Part shown: piece by piece, positions 26,167 through 38,426 of the stretch | How the letters are laid out: each line of letters opens with the position of its first letter | Numbering within the stretch: the stretch's first letter is position 1 | Assembly: GCF_006345805.1 (NCBI RefSeq) | Contig: NC_043006.1 | Location: 29,202,001 to 29,266,000 of the forward strand | DNA length: 64,000 nt | From: Octopus sinensis | Lineage: Eukaryota | Reading direction: 5' to 3' | Made by a program: the position numbers and the translations under genes | Notes under the pieces: generated by a model | Told to the model about the DNA's origin: nothing | The model's input: the letters and a program-made list of their open reading frames with translations, nothing else | Databases searched by the model: none

Positions 26167-29100
26167 CGGAGTAAACACATAAATGTGAAACAAGGTGGAA
26201 AAAAGAGTACTCAAATACCAGTGGTAGAGTAATATGCTTTATTTTAAGCAGCAGAAAATTCAACAAAATCTGTTACTCTGAGTTTCTCGTTGCCGTTCGG
26301 CAACGAGAAACTCAGAGTAACAGATTTTGTTGAATTTTCTGCTGCTTAAAATAAAGTATATATATATATATATATATAGACCTGACAGGCCAAGTGAGAC
26401 CATGGCTCATGGTCTATGCCAGTGAGTGTAACCGGCCCAGTCAAGCCAATAAGGAGATACCGTCCTTGAAGTGTTGAGGCAAAAGGCCATCACTTCCCCC
26501 ACCCCTGAACCAGCAGAGAAGGATGAAATCACCTTTCTGGTGTTACCAGAGGTGTAGACCAGTCTCAAGTATTCTGGGGGATCAGGCCAGTTTAGTTGAT
26601 TATCAGGGGGTGCTGGTGGGTGCTTCTCTTGCAGACGTCTATGTGACTCAGAGCCACATGGAGTGAGGAAGGATAGAGAAGAGAGGAGACGGACAGCTCC
26701 TTTTATGTCGAATTCACTGAATTTAGCATTGACTGTGCACTTTTAGCTTATCAGTTGCCTGTCAGTAGGCACTGTGCTTAATGTCAAATTGAGGTGAGAA
26801 GTGATCAAGGTGGACTCAAATAACTGGAACTGTCGCTTGAGAGAGGATGTAAGGGAGCTCAATTTCACATTGTGCACATTGAGAGAGATGCGGGGGAGAC
26901 GGAAACAGTTTCCGCCAGTCAGACACATTGTTGGATAAACATATGTTTTTCAACAAGCTGGAGAGCACGCGAGCAAAGCTTTCCGAAGGGATCTGATTAA
27001 TGAGCTTCGGTTTAGATAAACCCTGGAAGTCGTCAGCAAAGTCCTCAGTAGAGAGCTGGTTGTTGGAGTGTGAGGCATCGGAGTGGAAGTGGTACTGAAG
27101 ACTTTCAGCTTCAGCCTTGGTGATGCAGACACAACTCCTGTGCTAATTTTGATGGCACAGGTAACAATATCTATATATTATATATACAAATTATATACTC
27201 ATTACTCTTTTACTTGTTTCAGTCATTTGACTGCGGCCATGCTGGAGCACCACCTTTAATCGAGCAAGTTGACCCCAGGACTTATTCTTTTGTAAGCCCA
27301 GTACTTATTCTATCGGTCTCTTTTGCCGAACCGCTAAGTGATGAGGACGTAAACACACCAGCATCGGTTGTCAAGCAATGCTAGGGGGACAAACACAGAC
27401 ACACACACACACGCATATATATATATATATATATATACAACGGGCTTCTTTCAGTTTCCGTCTACCAAATCCACTCACTAGGCTTTGGTTGACCCGAGGC
27501 TATAGTAGAAGATACTTGCCCAAGGTGCCACGCAGTAGGACTGAACCCGGAACCATGTGGTTGGTAAACAAGCTACTTACCATACAGCCACTCCTGCACC
27601 TATAAATATAAATATAATATAAATATATTATTTTATTATTATAAGATTAGGTGGTCAGAAAAGGAAAATATACTAAAAGTTTGATAATTTTATCTTACCT
27701 TCGGCTGGGTTATGGCTGGTTGACAAGCACTTACCTTTTGTGAAAGGAAGGATGTAAACAATAACAAACCTCTGATGTTCATAGTTTTAGAAATTTTCAG
27801 TATTTTATGCTTTGAAAAAGTTGCAGTTTTCGAGATTGTTATTTTGCAAAGAGATGAGGAATAACAAGAGTGACCAATGTAGCTACCATATTTTGCTTTT
27901 TCTTTTGTATTTATGTCCCTGTACAACACATGACTTCAGCAAACAGGTGTTGAATACGGCTTGATAATTTGGTGCCCAAAAGATTTTCCTAGTAACCACA
28001 TTATTATTGAAAGTGAAATATTCTTCTAAAATATAGTGTACAGATTTGTTAGCTACTACACACATATTTTTTTCTCTCCTTGTTTTTTCTGTGTTCCTTT
28101 CAGTAGAAGAGCGTAGGCTCGAAACGTGAAAGACTTTTTCTATTCCTGAGCGCTATACTAATACATCTGTTTGTTTGTACTCCACCTGCCTTCGTCTTTT
28201 GTTTATTTTCATAAACTTTCCCTTTACATACATATATATATGTGTATGTATGTATATGTTGTAACAGATATTGGTGTCACACAAATGGCATCCATGCCGG
28301 TGGCATGTAAAAGCACCCAGTATATCCTTGGAGTGGTTGGTGTTAGGAAGGGCATCCAGCCATAGAAAACCATGCAGTGTGCTAGCCCAGTCAAACCATC
28401 CAACCCATGCCAGCATGGACAACAGATGCTAAATGATAATGATGATGATGTATATATTTCAATACAGGGCAAATAATTCACGAAAAAATAATTTGCAAAG
28501 ATATCATTGTCTCTATTATTATCTAGTGTAATAATATAGGCAATTGCAGACCCCAAAAATGCATTAAATAGCTGAAGGATTGAAATTAATCAAAGGACAT
28601 ACCAAGTATGTCTACCTGCTAGAAATAACAGTCAAAACCCTAATTTAAATTGCCAAAATACAGTGATAATAACTACAGAATCAACTGTTGATTTTGGTAT
28701 AAGGGAGATAATTTTTTTCAATGAAGTAGGTTTCCTTATTTAATCCACCTTGTGTTGGTGTTCCAATGGAGAATGGAAAGATTACAAATTGTGGTAGCAG
28801 TTGCTTTGTGCATGTCTCATTATGTTCACTAAAGGGTATCATTCTGTATTCTGGGAATGCAATCTGCTGTTGGTGCAGAGTGCATCTACATCTGAGCGAT
28901 AATCCTGTGGACCCTATGTAGTTTTGGTTTTCTGAAGCACAAGTAAAGTCAGATTTGATTTTGAATTTTTGTCCCTCTTTGAAAAAGGAATTCTGATCCT
29001 TCTAGATAATTAACCTCTCAACTAAACTTCTTTCAAGCACAAAAATAGACATCCTCTCAAAAGGGTTAAAATTCCCCCAACTCCATACAGAGCCAACCAA

Positions 29101-32100
29101 AATGAAGTGAAAGACAGTATAATAGAATTCTGTAGAAAATTAAGATTCACAGAAGCATTAACCAATTACAATACTGAAGATGACTCACTAATCAAAAACA
29201 AAAGTGAACACATCCCCCGCAAAGGAAAAATATAAGCCAAAACTGAAGCATTTCTAACATTTTTAAATAAGGAAACTTACCTCATTGAAAAAAATATAAA
29301 GCATTCCTTCTAAACTGAATGTTAGATTAATAAAAACTTGTCATTTCCAACATTTTTTTATTATTTCCCTTATACCGAAAAAATCCCTGATTACATTTTT
29401 CTAACAATGATTTAAATATATTCTTTAACTATATAACACAAGCCTTCTGTAGTTTTTCACTCTGTTGTGTCTTTTATACATCCAACCATGAGCTTTCACA
29501 AACCAACTCTCTCACCTCTCTCTCTTTCTCTGTATTCCATTTTATGGTTCTACAAACCAAACATTTGAAGAACATAGAACTGGACATTCCCCCCATCGTC
29601 TCCTCTTCCCCCTTCTCCTCCCCCTCTTCTTCCCCTCCCCTTCTCTCCCCCCTCTTCTCCCCCTCCCCCTCTTCTCCTCACTACACCACATGACTTTACA
29701 CATCACATCACATATGATGTGCCATACTAATACACACACCAACTAATACATACTAATACGTACTAATACATACTAATTCTTATACCAACCCTATACATAC
29801 ACACGTCCAGACCCCGCATACGCACTTATACTCTCTCACACACACACACACACACCTATACATACCAATACGTACTAATACGTACTAATACATACTAATA
29901 CATACTAATACATACACCAACCCCATACATACGCACGTCCAGACCAATCTTACGCACTAATACTCTCTCATACACACACACACACACCCTTATACATACT
30001 AATACATACACCAACCCTATACATACACACATCCAGACCCCTCCCACGCACTTTTAGCTGGTCCCTCAACCCTTTTATCAACCCTATTATCTCCCCTTAT
30101 TTCGCTCTCGCGTCTCATGTTTGATCTTTGACCTCTGGCCGAAATCAGATCGCCATGTTGATTCGTTAGCTACTGCACGCATTTTTTTTCTCTCCTTCTT
30201 TCTGTGTTTTTCTCTCTCTGTGTATCTTTCTGTTGAAGAGCGTAGGCTCGAAACGTTAAAGACTTGTTTTATTTATATTTCCTGAGCGCCATACTAATAC
30301 AATTGTTCGTTTGTTTTCCACCTGCCTTCGTCTTTTGTTTATTTTCATAAAGCTTCCCGTTATATATTATGCGCTCACGTGGTCTCACTTTCATCCTATA
30401 TTCTACCAATACCACTATCAACACTTACCTCTACCTTGGATTTTCTTTACCTCTTGGATACTTACCATTGGCTGCACCTCTCTTTCGCGGATCAAAGTGA
30501 CTTTGCATTGATGTGAAATCCTTAAAAAATATACCACGACGTCTACACATTTCTCACCTTGAACTTTCAACCTTGAACTTGTTCGCATAAACTGTCCCGT
30601 TTGTTGTATTTTTATTTTCTCTTATATTACCACTTTTTTTACATTCATTTCATGCTTCCCACATTTTCCTGAATTTTTGTTCTCCTTTCCGTCTTTCTTC
30701 CCTCTCTGGATGTCCATACTCTGTTTCCTCTGCCTGCACCCCCCTTTTTTTGCCTCCCCCTCTCTCTGCTTCCCTTCTTTCTTTCCCTTTTCCGTTTGCC
30801 CCGTCTTTTCTGCCCCTATCGCTTACTTATCTAGTTTTTTCATACGATTATTATTTTTTTGTTTTTTTGAACGTTTGTTTTTTCCCCTTTTTTCGCTATC
30901 CTTTTTTTCTATTTTTTTCATACGATAATTTTTGTTTTTTGTTTTTTTTGTTTTTTCGAACGTTTTTTTTCCGCTATCCCATCATGCCGGATCCTAGGTC
31001 CTACCTCCTCACCCTCCATCACCGTTTGAAGGATCATCTACGTTCGCTTCCTGTATATTGCCTTCAGCCGTCCGTTAATCTCTCTCTACTTCTTTTTAAA
31101 AAAACCCGCTTCTCTAGCCATGTCTCTTTCCTAAGCCGCTGCCTACATCACCGACTCATCCCTAAAGGTTTCCGCCTCCACTTCCACCCTGCTCTCCACT
31201 CGGATTCTTCCATCTTACCCATACTCCGCACCACATCTTACCGCTTATGCGGGCCACCATTCGCTCCAATCTCTCCAAACTACATGCCATCAACCGCCTT
31301 CTTCCTCCTGCTTTCTCCACCTTCTCCTCTCTGCCGCCTCTCTATGCTCCAAACACGCTACGCTTCATTATCCATTTGAATCAACTCTTCCATCAATTTC
31401 TTTCTGATACCAAACTTCGTAAACTCCAATCACTCTTCCATTCCACCCTACCCGACGCCACTACCCCAACTCCTCCACCACCCTTCTCCCCTCCCGATAG
31501 GCTCCATCCACCCACACCTAACCCCACTGCCCCTCCCTACAACCCCTTCTCCCCTCCCGTTAGGCTCCATCCACCTACACCTAACCCTACTGCCCCGCCC
31601 AACCACCCCCACCCCCCCTCCCCAATCCCTCCCCCTCAGACCTCCACGAGACCTACCACCCCTCCTACTTCTATTCCACCCACCCCTTCTGCACTTCCGT
31701 CTGTTGTTACCATTCCCCCCGATCTTCCCCTCTCTGCGGCTGAACGCTCCGTCCTTGGTAGGGGTCTGCGTTTCATCCCCCTCACTCCATCCTGTAAGGA
31801 ATTCCAGACGCGAGTTGATGTCCACAGCTTTGTGCGCCGTGTCCGGTTGGGTGCGCATTACCACGACTCGCCACCCACACCCCACGAAGAGGACGACTGC
31901 TTCACTGGCCTGGGCCGCCGACCATCCCCGTGGACGCCTGCCCCTGGCCAGATCGTAGCAGTGGATCTTTTCGCGGGCGCTTGTCAGCGTGCATTGGAGC
32001 GGTTCAACTTCTCCAGGCGCCAACGCCGCCTCAACATCTCCCCGGCTGAGCTCTTGGCTCTTCGTTCCCTCCAACGGCGCGCTGACATTATCATCAAACC

Positions 32101-34460
32101 GGCTGACAAGGGTGGAGCTGTAGTGGTGTGGCGCGCGGACCTCTATAGGGCTGAGGCTTTCCGCCAACTCAATGACACCTCCTTCTATTCCCCTCTGCCC
32201 TCTAACCCCACACGTAGCTACCAACAGACGGTATCCTCTACTGTCCAAGACCTCATCTCGTCCTCCCGTCTCCCCCGCACCGCATCCAACCTAATTGTGC
32301 GAACCCCACGTACCCCCACCATTTACTTCCTCCCCAAAATCCACAAACCCAACAACCCTGGCCGCCCCATCGTCTCTGCCTGTAACTGCCCCACGGAGCT
32401 CATCTCTAAATACCTCGACCGTGTCCTTGCCCCCCTAGTGGCATCTCTTCCCTCCCACATCCACGATACCAACCATGCTCTCCGGCTTTTCAACTCTTTC
32501 TCCTTTCCTCCCGGCTCCTCCAAAATCCTTTTTACTATGGACATCCAAAGCCTCTATACTGTTATCCCTCACCACGAAGGACTGCAGGCCCTTCGACACT
32601 TTCTTGACCTCCGCTCTAACCCTGTACCTGACACCTCCACACTCATTCGTCTGGCCGAACTTGTCCTTACTCTGAACTGCTTCTCGTTCGCGGGCGAGTT
32701 CTACCATCAGGTCTCGGGAGTGGCCATGGGAACGCGAATGGGCCCCAACTATGCGAACCTGTTCGTTGGCTATGTTGAGGCCCAAATATTCTCTAATTTC
32801 ACTGGTCCCACTCCTGAACTATATGGTCGTTATATTGACGACATTATCGGTGCCACCTCACTCTCCCGCGAACATCTAGATTCCTTCCTCTCTTTCGTCC
32901 AATCTTTCCATCCAGCCCTCCACTTCACTTCCACTATCTCCAACACCTCTGTCTCCTTCCTCGACATTTCGGTTAGCATTCTTCACTCCACTCTTACCAC
33001 CTCCATTCACTACAAACACACAGACTCACACTCATACCTCAACTTCTCTTCCTCCCACCCAGAACACACCAAGCTTTCCATCCCCTATTCCCAATTCCTC
33101 CGTCTACGTAGGCTCTGTAGTGACGACCATGACTTTGAGACTCAGTCTCAACGTATGGTTCACCACTTCACCCTACGTGGATACCCCCTCACCACTATCC
33201 ACACCGCCCTTGCCAGAGCACGGTCCGTGGACCGTGTATCTGCTCTCTCTCCCCGAACCCGCCCTGTAGTCTCCCGCCTCCCTTTTCCCCTCACTTACCA
33301 CCCCACGACCCTACGTCTCCAACGCACCATTCTTCGAGCTTTCCGTCATCTCCAGTCCGACCCGTCCACTTCACACCTCTTCCCTAACCGACCCCTCCCC
33401 TCTTTCAAACGAGCCCACAACCTTCGAGACCTTTTGGTCCATAGCTCCTTCCCTGACCCTACCTCCCAACCCGGCTCGTTCCCCTGCTCCCGCCCACGTT
33501 GCCGCACTTGCCCTTACCTCTCCAACACCACCCGCCTCACTAGCACCCACCATCGACCCTATCCCATCATCCACTCCTTCACCTGCACCTCCAGCAATAT
33601 TATCTATTGCATCTCTTGCTCTCTCTGCAATTCCTTGTACATCGGACAAACGGGACGCCGCTTGGCTGACCGGTTCGCGGAACACCTTCGTGACATCCAC
33701 CTTGCGAACGACACACCGGTCTCACGCCATTTCCGCTCCACCGGTCACTCCTTGCAACACCTATCTGTGTTCGGTTTGTCCTTACACAGAGGCCATCCGG
33801 ATTCCCGTTTGCGCCGTGAACAGGAATTAATCTTCTCTCTTCGCTCTTATACGCCATTTGGTCTCAACTCTCCCCCCTCCTCATCTAACCCCCCTCTCCC
33901 CCTCCTCACCTATCCTTTCTCCCCCCGACCCCTACTTCTTCAGTCCTTCATCCTTTCACCCCTACTCCCCTTCCCTTCTTCCCTCTTTCTCCCTCCCTCT
34001 TCCCCTTCCCTCTGCTCCCTTACTCCCTCTCTCCCCTTCTCTCTCTCCCCCTCTCCCTCTTTCCTCCTTCATCCCCCTCCTCACCTTCCTTCTCCCCCAT
34101 CGTCTCCTCTTCTCCCTTCTCCTCCCCCTCTTCTTCCCCTCCCCTTCTCCCCCCTCTTCTCCCCCTCCCCCTCTTCTCCTCACTACACCACATGACTTTA
34201 CACATCACATCACATATGATGTGCCATACTAATACACACACCAACTAATACATACTAATACGTACTAATACATACTAATACTTACACCAACCCTATACAT
34301 ACACACGTCCAGACCCCGCATACGCACTTATACTCTCTCACACACACACACACACACCTATACATACCAATACGTACTAATACATACTAATACATACTAA
34401 TACATACACCAACCCCATACATACGCACGTCCAGACCAATCTTACGCACTAATACTCTCT

Positions 34461-34499
<39 letters not shown>

Positions 34500-34869
34500 A
34501 TACATACTAATACATACACCAACCCTATACATACACACATCCAGACCCCTCCCACGCACTTTTAGCTGGTCCCTCAACCCTTTTATCAACCCTATTATCT
34601 CCCCTTATTTCGCTCTCGCGTCTCATGTTTGATCTTTGACCTCTGGCCGAAATCAGATCGCCATGTTGATTCGTTAGCTACTGCACGCATTTTTTTTCTC
34701 TCCTTCTTTCTGTGTTTTTCTCTCTCTGTGTATCTTTCTGTTGAAGAGCGTAGGCTCGAAACGTTAAAGACTTGTTTTATTTATATTTCCTGAGCGCCAT
34801 ACTAATACAATTGTTCGTTTGTTTTCCACCTGCCTTTCGTCTTTTGTTTATTTTCATAAAGCTTCCCGT

Positions 34870-34902
<33 letters not shown>

Positions 34903-35088
34903 CAGAATGAGATAAAAATGTTTTGAAACCTTTCACAGCCTTGGATTTTTATCTCATTCTGTTCATTTTTTATATATACACATACTAATATATGACCTAC
35001 ATTGGACTCCTCGTTCGCATAATCACCGAACCTGGAGCTTAACTATAGTCTGTCCATAGCACTTACTCAGCATTACCTCTCATAATCT

Positions 35089-35128
<40 letters not shown>

Positions 35129-35344
35129 AAAGTCTATATATATATATATATACACCACCACCACCAACTCAGGCCCCACAATCTTTTTTCGGAAAATAAG
35201 GGCACAGTTATCTGCAGAATGGTGAGATTAATTTAAATGACACAAAAAACCTGAAATATAATCAATTATATTTAATGTTTTTAGCGGTCAACATACAAAC
35301 AAGCAAATAAACTTAACTTTTTATAAGGAGAGAGATATGACATG

Positions 35345-35407
<63 letters not shown>

Positions 35408-38390
35408 AATATATATATATATAATATATATATATATGTATGTATGTATATATATATGTATGGATAGATAGACAGACAGACAGATATGCATACACATGTG
35501 TCTTTAATGAACTTTTTACCTTTGTTCCATTTCCAGGGTATCATTGTGGAGGCTTAAAAGGATGGAGCGGAATTTTCTTCTTCAAAGCAATGAAATCTGG
35601 CCAGAATTGGAGTCCTAAACTGGCAGTTTATGGAGATATGGGTAATGTAAATGGACGTTCTATTCCAAGACTCCAAGAAGGTGCACAGCGTGGATTCTTT
35701 GATGCGGTTTTACATGTTGGTGAGAAATTCTGTCAATTTTTTACATTGGTTCATATCATGGGTCTACATAATTTGGAAATGGAAATGTTTCTCTTGAATC
35801 AACAAGTGTTTCTGAAGCATGTTTCCAAGCTAAATCCAAATATGCTATTTATTTTCATCAATCACAACAGGATCTTTGTATAAACACTATTATGACTTTT
35901 CACAAAAAAATGTAGTTTTCCTTGATTCCATGTTCTGATTTGACTTCAGAGCAAAAGGCCAAAGTGTAAAAAATTCTTCATTATCACCTTTCCTTGGCAT
36001 AAAGTATAATAAAATTATGAATATAGCTGATTTTGTGCTTAGATAGTTTAATTGTCGTAAAGTTTTCAGGCAGAAATGGAAATGTTTTTTTATCACTGAT
36101 AGAGAAAATAGAAAAAGAAGCTTACGATCATTTTGTTCTGTTGATACGGAATCTTAAACAAAACAAAGTCTGCATATTGCATACATATAACATGATATCC
36201 CTAAAAATTGTTTAGCATCATTTTGAAGGAAGAAATCACTACTTCTTAGACACTCTTAAGTGTTTTAGCACAGGGCAGTCCCTTTTTATGCTTCAGAAAC
36301 ACTTGTCTGTGCAACAGAAACATTTCTGTCCCCAAATTCCATGAGACCTGAGATAATTAATGGAGCCTTGATATACATTGTCTGGAAATATAATAATCTT
36401 AGATACATTGTTGTTTATTTAGACATGATGTAGCTAGCTATAGGTGTAAGGGAGATTTGGTTGCTTTTCTGGACAGTTGAATGACATCATGTAGGCTATC
36501 ATAAAACTCTATGTGTGTATGTGTGTGTGTGTGTAAGCATGCTCACTCGTGTAAAAACTTTCTTCAATTATCAAAAGAAGTCTAAAGTTATTTTTCTTTT
36601 CTTTTTAGGTGATTTGGCATACAACATGGACACTGTAAGTGGTTCTGCTCCAATTCTTCCATTCTATTTTTCTCTTTCCATAATGTCCTTGAGAATTTTT
36701 GTGATTGTGAAGGTGGAGAGGGAAATACTGTCCTGTAGTAAATTTATTGAAAGGTGATTCGGAATGACATGCATAGCCTGGTTGAAAGAGATTGCTCTAA
36801 ATATGTTTGCAGGTTATGGAAAGATAGAGTTTAGGAGAAGAGTATGTCTTCAGTAGTTAGTGCAAGGTGGGGTTTCCAATGGTTGGTTTGAGGTAGCTAT
36901 CCACCCCAACTCCTCCATCCTTTCACATACACATTCATATCACTTTGGTATTTATTTGCTTTTATGTTCACATTTGTCATCTTCTTGTTCACCTAATGAA
37001 TTTATAATTTCTCCTTGTGAATGGCATCTTGTGATAATACTCAAGAAGACTTGACCACCGCAACAGAATTAATATCCTAAAACCAAGGTGTCATGTAAAA
37101 AGCATTAGTGTGTGCTGATGCCACATAAAAAGCACCCAGTGCATTCTGTGAAGTGATTGTCATTTGGAAGGGCATCCACCTGTAGAGACGAAGCCAAAAC
37201 AGACTACGGAACCTGGTGCAGCAGCCCCAGTAGTAGTAGTAGTAGTAAAGACATTGAGCTGATAGACAAAATGACAGTACAACTCATTGTTGCCAGCTGA
37301 GTGGATTAGAGTAATGTGAAATAAGTGTCTTGCTCAAGGACACAGTGTGTTGCTAGGAATTGAACTCATGACCTTACAATTATATGCTGAGTACCCTAAC
37401 CACTAAGCCATGTGCCTTCAAAAGATAATGTCCAAGCTTGCAAGACACATACTGACCCCTGTTCACCTATATGAATATACAAAACTCTATATAAAACAGT
37501 AACATATATAAACAATAACAGATATGTATAACACACATACACACACATGCACTTTTCTGGGTTACTAATGTATTTCATTTTTTGAAAAGGATAATGCTCG
37601 AATGGGAGATGCTTTTATGCGCCAAATTGAACCAATTGCTGCCTATATTCCATATATGGTATGTCCTGGTAACCATGAAGAAGCATAGTAAGTATGAAAA
37701 ATTTATGTATAACATATTTCAAAGAATTATGTAAAATAATTGCTGAACAGTATCTTATCACTTGTACTGCTATAGTGTTCAGAGGAATGATCACTAAAAC
37801 TTTGTCTTTATGTAATATGTCTAATTTAAGATCTTCTCGAAGCTATAACAATGGTAGGATTTTAACTCAACTCTGCAAGGTAACATACAATGTTACCTTT
37901 GCTTACTATCATAAACATGCCTTATCAATAATGCCTGTGGACTTAAAGTGTCTTGGTTATGATGTGGTTCATTTAAACATTAGACATCTTAGCTGGTAGT
38001 TTGTTGTCCTATCAACTCGAATATGTGCAGTTCTGTGATTGTGTTTAGCCATGGCAATATGCTATGTTTGAGAAGGAAGATCCATCAAACCAAGTGAATT
38101 CATAGACATGGCAGATACTGGTGTCACACAACTGGCACCCATGCCAGTGGCACATAAATGCACCCATTCTGGGAGTGGTTGGCATTAGGAAGGGCATCCA
38201 GCCATAGAAACCATGCCAAATCAGAGTGGTGTCTGGTGCAACCCCTCAGCTTACCAGCCCTGATCAAACCATCCAACCCATGCCAGCATGGACAAATGAA
38301 AATTAAATGATAATGATGATGATGGTGATGATGAGTACTGAGGCCAGAGTAATCAACTGAACTCCTCCCTTTGTGCCAAAATTTGTAGCC

Positions 38391-38426
<36 letters not shown>

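Larger units (their letters stand above)
29590..34876 (+). mobile_element. Near-intact Penelope-like retroelement (Neptune-like) with tandem pseudo-LTRs, in ACP7 intron 2
   Basis: 982-aa open ORF flanked by ~780-bp near-identical direct repeats; the 3' end runs into (TA)n; strongly C-rich compared with the host DNA. Confidence 0.93.

Noticed and set aside
26400-27160. Possible decayed PLE N-terminal region on the minus strand
   Set aside because: Only faint similarity to the [10 protein letters not shown] / ILRTTS region and it needs several frameshifts; left unannotated
31448-34244. Antisense and alternative-frame ORFs over the PLE (266, 116, 109, 124 aa and others)
   Set aside because: Shadow ORFs caused by C-rich, stop-poor composition
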